A DNA stretch of 64,000 nt from an uncultured Eubacteriales bacterium (GCA_900546635.1 URDS01000005.1:73-64072); one strand, 5' to 3'; shown: positions 50,065 through 59,778, counted from the stretch's first letter. Notes: generated by a model not told the origin, from the letters alone. Translations and numbers: made by a program.

Positions 50065-51178
50065 TTTTTCCGCCCTCCTTCGCCGCAACAGACACATCCA
50101 ACTCGTCTATATACGAAGAATAATCACCGTAGAGATCGGAATATTTCGATTTTTTCATAACGTGGATTTCATGCGGCAAAATCCGCAGACCGACTGTTGT
50201 TCCCGGCTCGGCGTAATCGGTCGTCTGCACCATCCATTTGAAGCCGTCTACATCCACAATAATTTCATAATGTACGCCCTTAAAGGTCACCGTGTCCACG
50301 ATACCGTGAATCGGCACGGCGGCCACGTCAACAATATCGACGTCCTCCGGCCGGATGACAACATCCACCGGCTCGTCTTTGGAAAAGCCGCTGTCCACGC
50401 ATTCCAGCGTGTGACCGGAAAATTCCACCAGCTTATCCGCATGCATGATGCCGTCCAGTATATTGCTCTCGCCGATAAAATCCGCCACGAAAGCATTGGC
50501 CGGCTCGTTATATATATCCTCCGGCGTGCCGATCTGCTGAATCAGACCGTTATCCATAACCACCACCGTATCGCTCATGGAAAGCGCTTCCTCCTGGTCG
50601 TGCGTCACATAAACGAACGTGATGCCCATTTTCTGCTGTATCTTTTTCAGTTCAACCTGCATTTCTTTCCGCAGCTTCAGATCCAGCGCGCCGAGCGGCT
50701 CATCCAACAGCAAAACTTTCGGGTTATTGACAAGCGCCCGCGCAATGGCAACCCGCTGCTGCTGTCCGCCTGACAGATTTTCAACGTTCCTTTTTTCAAA
50801 CCCGCCAAGGTTGACGATTTTCAGCATTTCCTTAACTCTGCTTGAAATTTCCTTTTCACTGCGCTTGGCAAGCCGAAGCGCGAACGCAACATTTTCATAT
50901 ACATTCAAATGCGGAAACAACGCATATTTTTGGAAAACCGTATTTACGGTCCGCTTATAGGGGGGCAGATCATTGATACGTTTACCGTCAAAATAAACAT
51001 CCCCCGTGTCCGGCGTTTCAAAACCGCCGATAATGCGCAGCGTCGTCGTCTTTCCGCAGCCGGAGGGGCCTAAAAGTGTAACAAATTCCCGATCGCGGAT
51101 ATACAGATTCATATTTTTCAGAACCTGTGCATCCTCAAAAGATTTCGATACGTTTTTCAGTTCAATAAGCCTGCTCAT
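50054..51178 (-). CDS. potA: Spermidine/putrescine ABC transporter ATP-binding protein
   Basis: Walker [18 protein letters not shown], Walker B LLLDEP, and a C-terminal TOBE-like domain. Start ATG 51178 has a weak RBS. Confidence 0.9.
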   Translation of the reverse strand: MSRLIELKNVSKSFEDAQVLKNMNLYIRDREFVTLLGPSGCGKTTTLRIIGGFETPDTGDVYFDGKRINDLPPYKRTVNTVFQKYALFPHLNVYENVAFALRLAKRSEKEISSRVKEMLKIVNLGGFEKRNVENLSGGQQQRVAIARALVNNPKVLLLDEPLGALDLKLRKEMQVELKKIQQKMGITFVYVTHDQEEALSMSDTVVVMDNGLIQQIGTPEDIYNEPANAFVADFIGESNILDGIMHADKLVEFSGHTLECVDSGFSKDEPVDVVIRPEDVDIVDVAAVPIHGIVDTVTFKGVHYEIIVDVDGFKWMVQTTDYAEPGTTVGLRILPHEIHVMKKSKYSDLYGDYSSYIDELDVSVAAKEGGKNAR

Positions 51179-51429
51179 TTTTTTAAAATTTATACACATC
51201 CTTTTTAACCGATTGAACCCGAAATATGCATATATTTTCACACAGGGTTCATGTCGAAAATCATTATATAAAAAACCATTGTAAAATGCAATAGTTTTCT
51301 CAAAAAAATGCACATTTTTTTGGATTTTTCCGCTTTGGCATATGATCTCCCATTGCTTAATCCGTTTTTTTCAATGAAATCTCATAATTGCTTTAAAATA
51401 CTTTTATTTTCTCTTAAATTCTTTTATTT

Positions 51430-51470
51430 TTAAATAAATCGAAGCCGGCAGTTTTTAACCGCCGGCTTCA
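51430..51470 (-). terminator. Terminator of the M15 peptidase gene
   Basis: Stem GAAGCCGGC / GCCGGCTTC followed on the minus strand by GATTTATTTAAAAA. Confidence 0.65.
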
Positions 51471-51518
51471 TGATGCCGAAAAAACGAGTTTTTAGATTCG
51501 TTTTCTGTTGCAATATCC

Positions 51519-52775
51519 TCATTTTTCCGCTTTGCTGTCAAGATATTCCACATATTCCTCAAGGCACATATCAAGCCGATGCATTTCCGACGCATGATAA
51601 CGCCCGACGAACCGGTAGTGCCAGGGCTCAAAACTATATCCCGTGATGTCCTCTTTCCCCTCCGGAAAACGCAGAACAAAACCGAATTTATGCGCATTGT
51701 CGCAAAGCCAGGTGTATACCGCTTCATTCGCGAAACGCTGAGACGCGCTCGGCAGATTGTGCATGTCGCAGCACAGCCCCGTCTGATGCTCGCTCGTGCC
51801 CGGACGCGCGGAATACGTATCCACGACTTTCTGCGCCTCAGCGCGGCTGAGCCCCTTCGACATCTCCTGTTCCGTATACAGGTTGTACAAATATTCCTGT
51901 TTTTCATATGTGCGATAGCCGCTTGTAACCGATACATCCGTATAGCCTGCCGCACGCATTTCAATATACAGCGCTTCAAGCGCTTTTTCCGCCGTTTCAA
52001 CCATGCGCTCGGTGCGGTCGGAACGCGAATCTTTAATATCCACAAGATCGGACGGAACAAAATCCGCGGTAACCGTTTTTTCCCGATTCACCAAAATCAA
52101 AAAACCGTCCACATCTTCAGGACACATATACGGCTCGTAGGCGGAAAGATCGGTTAAAAACTCATAGACCGGCGCTACTTTTATATCGTCCTCATTCGGC
52201 TGTTCGAGCACTTCATCCCCCTTGACCGAAAAAGCGGGATCCGAATACAACGGATTTTCCTTTGTCGCTGCATTATACTGCCCGCGCGCAATGGAAACCC
52301 GGCCGTTTTCCTGTAAAATTTCAATACCGCCCATAAACTGACGCACAAACTGCAGCGGCGCGTACAGTTTTCCGTCCGTCAGGCGAGCCTCTGCCATCAT
52401 ATTGACAGAAGCGCCGTTGACCTCCGCGATTTTGCTTCCGGCGCGCAGCGTAATGCGTTCATCCGAATTTCCGGCATAATAGGTTTTCTCATTTTCGCTT
52501 CCAGTGACGGTCATTTCACAAAGAAGCGCGACATCATCAAAGCAAACCATCAGTTCGCCGTCAGAATACGCCGTGTCCGCCGAAAGCGTATAGCTGCTTT
52601 TGCCGATTTTATATTCCACGTCCGACAGTTTTGCGCCGCCGAAAAAATCGAATATGAAAAAAAGCAGTACAATCGCCGCCAAAGCGAAAAATACCGTGAA
52701 AAAGACAGCGCCGGCACTGCCTTTACTTCTCTTTCGGGATACCGGTCTTCTCCCCTGCCCACTCTGCTGCTGCAT
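51519..52775 (-). CDS. VanY-like M15 D-alanyl-D-alanine carboxypeptidase, membrane-anchored, with a stalk domain
   Basis: N-terminal TM helix. A copper-amine-oxidase-N-like stalk. M15B motifs SGYRTYEKQ, SEHQTGLCCDM and EPWHYRFVG. Confidence 0.8.
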   Translation of the reverse strand: MQQQSGQGRRPVSRKRSKGSAGAVFFTVFFALAAIVLLFFIFDFFGGAKLSDVEYKIGKSSYTLSADTAYSDGELMVCFDDVALLCEMTVTGSENEKTYYAGNSDERITLRAGSKIAEVNGASVNMMAEARLTDGKLYAPLQFVRQFMGGIEILQENGRVSIARGQYNAATKENPLYSDPAFSVKGDEVLEQPNEDDIKVAPVYEFLTDLSAYEPYMCPEDVDGFLILVNREKTVTADFVPSDLVDIKDSRSDRTERMVETAEKALEALYIEMRAAGYTDVSVTSGYRTYEKQEYLYNLYTEQEMSKGLSRAEAQKVVDTYSARPGTSEHQTGLCCDMHNLPSASQRFANEAVYTWLCDNAHKFGFVLRFPEGKEDITGYSFEPWHYRFVGRYHASEMHRLDMCLEEYVEYLDSKAEK

Positions 52776-52783
52776 ATACCCTC

Positions 52784-53335
52784 CTATTTTGTTTCAAGCG
52801 CAAAAAAATACGGCGACGTCGGCGAATTGACAATCTGCAATCTGGAAACGCACATTTTCCGGCGGTCAAGCCCCGAAAAATACCGTGCAAGCGCCTCGCC
52901 TTCAGCGGCCCCTTCCGCGTGTCCCGGATAAACGGCGACAAGCAGGATCGCATCCGCATCCAGCATCGAAATCGCCGCCTCCACAGCTGCCAGCGTACTC
53001 TCCCGATGCGTCGTAAACTCTTTGTGTCCGCTGCCCGGCAGATAACCGAGATTAAACATGCCCGCCTTAATCGGCGCATGAATATACGCTTTCAGATTTT
53101 CATGGCTATCGCAAATCAAGGTGCAATTGGAAAGGTTCGCCTCCTCCAATCGTTTTCGAGTCGCTTCCAGCGCCCGCGTCTGCACGTCAAACGCATATAC
53201 ATGCCCCGTATCGCCGACCGTCCGGCATAGGAACTCCGTATCGTTTCCGTTGCCCATTGTGAAATCGGCAGCCCTGTCCCCGATGCCCAAATGACGCAGT
53301 ATGAGCCGCTTATGCATGTCCAAAAGATCAATCAT
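52784..53335 (-). CDS. mnmM: YtqB/MnmM-type SAM-dependent tRNA methyltransferase
   Basis: DFTMGNGNDTEFL...GHVYAFDVQ...FNLGYLPG...VAVYPGHAEG parallels B. subtilis YtqB. Start at the internal ATG (MIDLLDMHK). Confidence 0.75.
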   Translation of the reverse strand: MIDLLDMHKRLILRHLGIGDRAADFTMGNGNDTEFLCRTVGDTGHVYAFDVQTRALEATRKRLEEANLSNCTLICDSHENLKAYIHAPIKAGMFNLGYLPGSGHKEFTTHRESTLAAVEAAISMLDADAILLVAVYPGHAEGAAEGEALARYFSGLDRRKMCVSRLQIVNSPTSPYFFALETK

Positions 53336-53461
53336 CGCATTTTCACCGTCCGAAACGGCCGAATCCCACAGAACGGCCGAAAAATGCAGTACGGCGCACT
53401 GCATTCTGCCGTGCGCCGCGCCGTGCTTTATGTATATTTTACCACACGCATTCCCGTACTG

Positions 53462-54013
53462 TCAAGGTACTATGGCAATTCCGCCGAGCAAATCGGAAAA
53501 ACAGGTATCGGCGGAAAAATCAATTTCAAAGCGAACGCCCCGAATCCCGATATAGCGAGCCGAAGCGAACTCATATGTGCTAAGCGGACGGTCAAGCGCG
53601 TCGTCCGAATGCGCGGCTACAAGAATCTCCCCCTGCTCCGAAAAACCGCTCACAAACAGCGTATGATAATATTGCCCCTCGGCATTTTGAAGCTGAACAA
53701 CATCACCAACAACTACCCCGCTCTCTTCAATCTCCGCACCGTAAGGACCCACGCCGGTGTTTCCGGTCATAAAATTATAAAAAAATTCCACCCCCGTCCA
53801 GGAAGCCGTGCGCGAATTTGAATCCAAATAATACCATCCGAAAACCGGTGTAAAGTTCATTTCACAGCTTCCCGCAAACACGCACTGAGAAACGAAATTC
53901 GTGCAGTCGCCGCCGATTCCGGTATAGTTATAAAACAGCGGATTGCGTGAAAGCGCCCAAGTTCTGGCATATTCCAGCGCATGCCTGCGATCATACGGCC
54001 GTACAACCAACAT
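53462..54013 (-). CDS. Putative amidase-domain protein (papain-like Cys-His fold)
   Basis: YNYTGIGGDCTNFVSQCVFAG...YYHTLFV matches the 'putative amidase domain' family from memory. Confidence 0.6.
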   Translation of the reverse strand: MLVVRPYDRRHALEYARTWALSRNPLFYNYTGIGGDCTNFVSQCVFAGSCEMNFTPVFGWYYLDSNSRTASWTGVEFFYNFMTGNTGVGPYGAEIEESGVVVGDVVQLQNAEGQYYHTLFVSGFSEQGEILVAAHSDDALDRPLSTYEFASARYIGIRGVRFEIDFSADTCFSDLLGGIAIVP

Positions 54014-54147
54014 AAAATCACCTCAAACAAAGCATATGCGAAAATACGAACAATGTGCGATTATGGAACGGTTGATTGTTTTCAGCAGCAAAAGAACTCC
54101 AAATTTCATAAATTACAGCCATTACAACCATTTCTTTTTTAATTGTT

Positions 54148-56397
54148 TTAATGAATATATAAGCTGCTAAATTCTTCTGCACAAATAGGCTTATTATAAA
54201 AATATCCCTGTCCACAATCACAATTGAGCATTCTCATCGTTTCCCGGTCATATTCCGTTTCAATTCCCTCTGAAACTGTATAAATTCCAAGCTTTTTGGT
54301 GATAGCAATGATATGCTCCAAAGTTATTTTACGGCGTTCATTGTCTGCATCTGATACTTTTTGAAGAAAAGCTCTGTCAAGTTTTAATTCGTCAATTTTC
54401 AATTGATACAACATATTGAGCGAAGAATACCCGCTTCCAAAATCATCCATAGACACCTTAAACCCTTCGGAATGCAATTCTTCAATTCTACAATTAATCT
54501 CTTCCAATCTCTCCATAGCGACACCTTCCAAAATTTCCAAAGTGATAAGCGATGGAGATATATTGTAACGATTTACCACCCGCAGCAAATCATTTACATA
54601 ATTTCGATTGAAAAAAAGCAATTTCGATTGATTAATGGAAACAGGAACGGGATTCATGCCTAAGTCAATCCATCGGCGAAGCTGACGGCATACCCTATCT
54701 ACCATATACATATCCAGTTTAAGACAAAATCCATTCGCCTCAAACAATGGTATAAATTCACCCGGATATCGATAGGTTCCATCGGGCTTCTGCCAGCGAA
54801 CCAACGCCTCCGCCCCGGCTAATCGGTTGGTTTTCAGTTCATATTTAGGCTGCAAAAACAGTTTGAATTCTTCATTCTGCAATGCCGTTTGCATATATCT
54901 TTCTATGTTGTTTTTCTCTCTTAAGCTTTTATGAAGCTCCTCATTATACATCGCTATGCTTGTATAAAGTTTTTGTTGAATGCTTTGCATCGCAAGCAGC
55001 GCCTTTTCAGTATCTCCTCTGATTGCGACGCCTGAATATAAGGATAGCTCATAACTATACTCGGCATTGCGGGAGGTTTGGCTCACATGGCTTATAATGC
55101 TTTCAAGGCGTAATTTGATTTTTTCTTCCTCTGTATCTAACATTAAAATATAAAACAAATCAGCGGTATCCCTGCAAAAAAACTCTCCTGCTTCTAAATT
55201 TTCTTCTATGACACGTTTTATGTAACATAAAACTTTATCGCCTTCACGATTGCCAAACAAGTCATTGATAAACTTAAAATTACGAATATTCATAGAAACT
55301 ATGCTGTAATCGTCATGGTTTTTTCTAAACTCTTCTAACTCCTGCGAAAACCGCAATGAACTTTTTGCTCCTGTAATTTGATCAAAATAGGCCTGCTTTA
55401 AAACGAGCGAAGTATTTTTATAAAATTTAAAATAACCAAAATATAGCCAAAAAAGCATTAACAATAAAATGGAAAACAGCACAGTTCCAATTACAAGAAT
55501 AAATCGTCCCAGCGGCAATATGCCGCCTAAAAATTTATTTACACAAAATAAATTCCACCCATTCAACCCCATAGATTCTAAATAAAAATGGCATTTCTCA
55601 TTATTGTACCTGAAGTCGCCAAGCATGCTTTCCTGATTTAAAAGCTTGGTTTTTGTAATATTTTTAGTGTTTCCTGTTATATAAGGGCCGTCAAAGATTG
55701 AGTATATATTTTCCTTAACCAGTGTATTCTTCGAACGAACAAGAAAATTTCCTTGTTCATCAATAATATGCACATACCCATGGCCATTCATTACCGTATT
55801 ACCGTCTGCAATATCTCTGAAAATTTCTATCGTATCGCTTGCGGCAACAACGCCCAGTATCTTTTCACCATCATAAACCGGCACCGCATAAAGAAACAGC
55901 TTTTCAGGGTATATTTTACTGTCAAACAGTTTTGAAATCGTATTTTCTCCTTGAAAAGCTTTTTTGATTGCTTCTCCTGCTTCATTACTGATTTCATCTA
56001 TAGAAAAATCATACCATGTGTCATAATCAGGGGTGTTTATTATTCCCCTGCCATCCGCGGATAAATAAGCAAAGCTTACAAATTTATTCACCTTGTTTGC
56101 TTCAACAATGCTGTTTCCCAGTTTTTCTTTAGAATCTAAAATACCGCTTGTTTTACACACATTTGCAAAAGTCTCAAGAATATGCGAATTTTTATTCATT
56201 TGCTTTAAAATACGATTTTTATATTCCATAACCTCTGTTTGCATTTGAATATGTTCCGTCTCGTGAGCGCTGCGATATATATAGAGCAATATTCCGCCGG
56301 TCGCCGCACACAGGATTATGCTGCTGCATATTGCAGTAATCGCCATCATTATGAGTTGTTTCTTAATTTTTTTCTCATTTACACCTTCTCTTCGCAC
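54148..56397 (-). CDS. Membrane sensor: Cache-like periplasmic domain, degenerate GGDEF, intact EAL (c-di-GMP phosphodiesterase)
   Basis: Two TM helices flank a loop of about 270 aa. The GGDEF position reads RDTADLF. The EAL motifs EALVRW, SINQS, EILE, DDFGSGYSSL, KLD, EGIETE and GQGY are all present. The gene is markedly AT-rich. Confidence 0.85.
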   Translation of the reverse strand: MRREGVNEKKIKKQLIMMAITAICSSIILCAATGGILLYIYRSAHETEHIQMQTEVMEYKNRILKQMNKNSHILETFANVCKTSGILDSKEKLGNSIVEANKVNKFVSFAYLSADGRGIINTPDYDTWYDFSIDEISNEAGEAIKKAFQGENTISKLFDSKIYPEKLFLYAVPVYDGEKILGVVAASDTIEIFRDIADGNTVMNGHGYVHIIDEQGNFLVRSKNTLVKENIYSIFDGPYITGNTKNITKTKLLNQESMLGDFRYNNEKCHFYLESMGLNGWNLFCVNKFLGGILPLGRFILVIGTVLFSILLLMLFWLYFGYFKFYKNTSLVLKQAYFDQITGAKSSLRFSQELEEFRKNHDDYSIVSMNIRNFKFINDLFGNREGDKVLCYIKRVIEENLEAGEFFCRDTADLFYILMLDTEEEKIKLRLESIISHVSQTSRNAEYSYELSLYSGVAIRGDTEKALLAMQSIQQKLYTSIAMYNEELHKSLREKNNIERYMQTALQNEEFKLFLQPKYELKTNRLAGAEALVRWQKPDGTYRYPGEFIPLFEANGFCLKLDMYMVDRVCRQLRRWIDLGMNPVPVSINQSKLLFFNRNYVNDLLRVVNRYNISPSLITLEILEGVAMERLEEINCRIEELHSEGFKVSMDDFGSGYSSLNMLYQLKIDELKLDRAFLQKVSDADNERRKITLEHIIAITKKLGIYTVSEGIETEYDRETMRMLNCDCGQGYFYNKPICAEEFSSLYIH

Positions 56398-56738
56398 GAT
56401 TTCCTCCTACGTCCCCTACGATTGAAATATCCAAAAAATAAAAAATTTATTTTATCCAAATATTTTTTTGCTTCATAAAGCGGTATCGGCTTATATAAGA
56501 AAAAATCTTGAAGTTCACACAATTTATTTGAACCGGTTTGTTCGTTGGTTTGGGCCATTTCAGCAAGGACTGTCATGTTCAGCCTATGCTATTCAATTTT
56601 TTCTAATTGTCCCCGGTTCGAGTCCGGTCGATGCTTTGGATTATCCTTTTTTGTTCACTCACATTTTTTAAGTATTTTGGACGTTTTTCAGACGGTCCCT
56701 CGTTTATGCCCTGTTCAAAACGGGCGGATAAATATTTT

Positions 56739-56770
56739 GAAAAAAGGGCTGCGGAAAAACCGCAAACCCT
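56739..56770 (-). terminator. Terminator of the tRNA-Arg/tRNA-His operon
   Basis: Minus strand: GGGTTTGCGG-TTTTT-CCGCAGCCC followed by TTTTTTC. Confidence 0.6.
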
Positions 56771-56818
56771 TACCGCTTCTGAACAAATCAGCATGATAGC
56801 TAACTTGTTCAGTTTTTA

Positions 56819-56896
56819 TGGGGTGACTGATGGGATTCGAACCCACGACCTCCAGGGCCACAACCTGGCGCTCTAACCAACTGAGCTACAACCACC
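56819..56896 (-). tRNA. tRNA-His (anticodon GTG), with encoded G-1 and CCA
   Basis: Hand-folded cloverleaf: GGTGGTTG-TA-GCTC...GAGC-G-CCAGG-TTGTGGC-CCTGG-AGGTC-GTGGG-TTCGAAT-CCCAT-CAGTCAC-C-CCA. Confidence 0.9.
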
Positions 56897-56921
56897 ATTT
56901 TCCCCCGCTATTGCAGGGTAA

Positions 56922-56998
<77 letters not shown>

Positions 56999-57021
56999 AT
57001 ACATCCGCCGCAACGCTTGAT

Positions 57022-57050
57022 ATTATATCATCCGTCCGGCGGCTTGTCAA
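57022..57050 (-). promoter_or_regulatory. Consensus sigma-A promoter of the tRNA operon
   Basis: Minus strand: an A-rich UP-like tract, then TTGACA, 17 nt, TATAAT, about 20 nt upstream of tRNA-Arg. Confidence 0.75.
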
Positions 57051-57132
57051 TATTTTTTTTAAAATATGAGCGGAAATTCCGGCATATTCTTCTATACAGA
57101 CAAAATACCGGAGATACGACAGCATCCGAACG

Positions 57133-57627
57133 CTATTTTCCAAAGACAATCGGCAGGCACTGCGCATTTGCCGCGCGAATAAAATCATCCGGTGACAACA
57201 GAATCTGCGAGCCGATGCGGCCGCCGGAAACCATGATGGTATCAAACAGCACACAACTCTCATCAATGACCGTCGGATATTCCTTTTTCATACCGATTGC
57301 CGTACAGCCTCCGCGCACATAACCGGTCAGTTTCTGCAAATCCCGAACCGGAATCAGTTCCACCGCTTTTTCCCCAACCGCTTTGGCCGCGGACTTCATA
57401 TCCAGTTCCGCGGCAACCGGAATAACAAAGACAAAATGTCCGCCGCTCCTTCCGACCGCGACCAAGGTTTTGAACGTACGCTCACGCGGCGCGCCGAGTT
57501 TATCCGCAAGACTCACGCCGTCCGTAAACTCGCCGCCCTCATACGTCCGCACTTCATACGAAATGCCGAGCGTATCCAGAATGCGCATGGCATTCGTTTT
57601 AACATCCTTTTCTTTCTCTTTCGACAT
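57133..57627 (-). CDS. ybaK: Cys-tRNA(Pro)/Cys-tRNA(Cys) deacylase YbaK
   Basis: TNAMRILDTLGISYEV...KTLV...TGYVRGGCTAIGMKK is typical of YbaK/EbsC. Confidence 0.85.
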   Translation of the reverse strand: MSKEKEKDVKTNAMRILDTLGISYEVRTYEGGEFTDGVSLADKLGAPRERTFKTLVAVGRSGGHFVFVIPVAAELDMKSAAKAVGEKAVELIPVRDLQKLTGYVRGGCTAIGMKKEYPTVIDESCVLFDTIMVSGGRIGSQILLSPDDFIRAANAQCLPIVFGK

Positions 57628-57638
57628 AAAACATTCCT

Positions 57639-58634
57639 CTATTTCCGAAATCCCGCGCGCTCCATCGCGGCAATCAGGTTGTGCGTATACAGGCCGAACC
57701 CAAGCGTATTCGGATGCAGCCCGTCGGAATAAAAATCGCTGATATTCGGCACAAGCGTCCGGCCGTCAACGACCGTCACGTTCGGATGCGCGCTGTAAAG
57801 CTCGCCCAGTATATCATAAATCGCGGCAAACGGCATCCGTTCAGGCCGGACGTTTTGGTCCGACCGCCATACCGGCATAATCCCGAAAATCCGCGCATCG
57901 GAATATCTGCGGCAAAGCTTATTTATGTATGTTTCCGCCGCATTGCGGTATTTTTGCTCGTCTTTTCCGTACCGTCCCCAGTCGTTGGTGCCGTAAGCGA
58001 CCGTAACCGCGTCCGGCTCAAACGGCAGCGCTTCGTCAATCACGTCCGCTTCAAAATAATGCCCCGCAATCGACTGGTTTAAACTATCAGCCTCAAAATG
58101 TCTCACCACTGACGACGCATAGGACAGCGAAGTGTACCGGGTATCAAACCCCTGCGTAATCGAATCGCCCAAAAGCAGAATCTTTTTACCCGAAACCGGG
58201 ACAGGTTCAAAAGATGCGCCGTCGTCCAGTGTGAAATTGCAGATCTCCACGCCGCAGGTACAGGGCAGATATACCTGAATCCGGCGGCGCTTTTTTTCCG
58301 CAAAGCGATAGACAAAATGCGTAGAGCCCTCTCCGTTTATCATGGTCTTATGCGCATATATCATGATCCCGTCGGCGTACAGATCAAAACTCATAAAAGC
58401 GCGCGAGCACTGATGCATCGGGAAAAAATCAAATGCGATCAGACTGCCGTCATAATAAAAATCAAAGTATTCCCCAACATTGCAGCGCGCACGGATGCCG
58501 AATCCGGTATTGCGGTCATAAAGCGCGGTTTGATATTCGGTAAACCGCGAAAACGCAATACAGTTTCCCTCTTTTTTACTATAGCCGAGACTGCCGCGAA
58601 GCAGCGCTCCGACCTCATCCAACCGTAGAATCAT
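57639..58634 (-). CDS. SGNH/GDSL-family hydrolase with an N-terminal beta-sandwich module
   Basis: Block I LLLGDSITQG, YGTNDW, and block V DGLHPN. ATG 58634 follows AGGAG and overlaps the upstream gene by 20 nt. Confidence 0.75.
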   Translation of the reverse strand: MILRLDEVGALLRGSLGYSKKEGNCIAFSRFTEYQTALYDRNTGFGIRARCNVGEYFDFYYDGSLIAFDFFPMHQCSRAFMSFDLYADGIMIYAHKTMINGEGSTHFVYRFAEKKRRRIQVYLPCTCGVEICNFTLDDGASFEPVPVSGKKILLLGDSITQGFDTRYTSLSYASSVVRHFEADSLNQSIAGHYFEADVIDEALPFEPDAVTVAYGTNDWGRYGKDEQKYRNAAETYINKLCRRYSDARIFGIMPVWRSDQNVRPERMPFAAIYDILGELYSAHPNVTVVDGRTLVPNISDFYSDGLHPNTLGFGLYTHNLIAAMERAGFRK

Positions 58635-59538
58635 CTGTTTTTTCTCCTTTCGGCAGTACGCCGGTATAATCGAATTTCGGAATAAAGCTCTCCGCCACGC
58701 ATTCGCTGTCCTGGATGAATGCGTTTTCAATCCCAAGGGAGAGCGCAAAATCCACAACTTCCTCATATTCCGCATCGGTCAGTTTACGCAAAAGCTCAGG
58801 CGCGGCGCACACAGACGGCGGCGTATACTGCCGCATAATCGACAAAATCGCCCGATCGCCGCAAAGCGCAAATACACGCTTCAAGACCGCCTTTGAATCT
58901 TCCGCGCAGCCGGGAAGCACAAGATGACGGACAATAACGCCGCGCGCTAAAAGATCGCCTGAATATACGCACGCCGGCTGCTGACGCAGCATCTCGCAAA
59001 GCGCCCGCTCCGCCGCCGCCGGATAATCGGGCGCGTCCGAATACCGCCCGGCAAGCTCGGTTGACATATATTTAAAATCCGTAAGATATATATCGATCAA
59101 TCCGTCAAGCATGCGCAAAGTCTCTTCGCCCTCATACCCGCCGGTATTCCAGACAAAAGGCAAATCAAAACCCCGCCCGCGCGCTGTGCGAATCGCTTTT
59201 GCAATCTGCAAAGCATACTGCGTCGGCGAAACCAGGTTGATATTATGGGCGCCTTTCGCCCGAAGTTCAAAAAAAATCTCGATCAGACGTTCCTCTGAAA
59301 TCTCAAGTCCGCTGCCGCCGGCCGATATCTCGCGATTTTGGCAGTATACACATTTCAGCGGACAATTTGAAAAAAACACAGTGCCGCTGCCGCGCGTCCC
59401 CGATACCGGCGGTTCCTCCCACATATGCAGCGCCGCGCGCGCAACATAAAGCCCGGCGCCCGCGCCGCAAAATCCGCTTTGTCCGTGTTTCCGGTCGGCG
59501 CCGCACTGCCGGGGGCAAAGCATACAACATTCAGACAT
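58615..59538 (-). CDS. Radical SAM protein, PflX-like (pyruvate formate-lyase activase homolog)
   Basis: FFSNCPLKCVYCQN cluster motif plus an N-terminal CxxC. Resembles the COG1313 family from memory. Confidence 0.7.
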   Translation of the reverse strand: MSECCMLCPRQCGADRKHGQSGFCGAGAGLYVARAALHMWEEPPVSGTRGSGTVFFSNCPLKCVYCQNREISAGGSGLEISEERLIEIFFELRAKGAHNINLVSPTQYALQIAKAIRTARGRGFDLPFVWNTGGYEGEETLRMLDGLIDIYLTDFKYMSTELAGRYSDAPDYPAAAERALCEMLRQQPACVYSGDLLARGVIVRHLVLPGCAEDSKAVLKRVFALCGDRAILSIMRQYTPPSVCAAPELLRKLTDAEYEEVVDFALSLGIENAFIQDSECVAESFIPKFDYTGVLPKGEKTDDSTVG

Positions 59539-59719
59539 ACAAATTCAGCCGATGCACAAAAAAATAGAGTAAAACCCCTCTATGCGCAAAGCCTTTCCGT
59601 TTTATTCCGGCAGCGTCGAAGCCCGCCGGAATTTTCCCTAAAGAGACTGCCAAACAGTTCTTTCCAATTGTTCATAGTAACACAATTTTACCGACAAAGC
59701 AATATTTTTCAAAAATGTA

Positions 59720-59747
59720 TTGACAAGAATTTAAAAAATGATATAAT
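59720..59747 (+). promoter_or_regulatory. Sigma-A promoter of the marR-ABC operon
   Basis: TTGACA, 16 nt, TATAAT. Confidence 0.65.
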
Positions 59748-59754
59748 AATCAAC

Positions 59755-59778
59755 ATGTTAACAGTTAATATGTTAACT
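59755..59778. promoter_or_regulatory. Candidate MarR operator (overlapping palindromes)
   Basis: ATGTTAAC is repeated at 59755 and 59770. Inverted repeats TTAAC-A-GTTAA and AGTTAA-TATG-TTAACT lie immediately downstream of the -10. Confidence 0.5.

Noticed and set aside
53270-53290. A possible 1-nt frameshift in the mnmM-like gene. My manual reading of a C-run near 53277-53281 came out one base short.
   Set aside because: The supplied ORF track translates straight through as one 206-aa ORF that matches the YtqB family end to end. This is most likely my own counting error, so I do not call a pseudogene.
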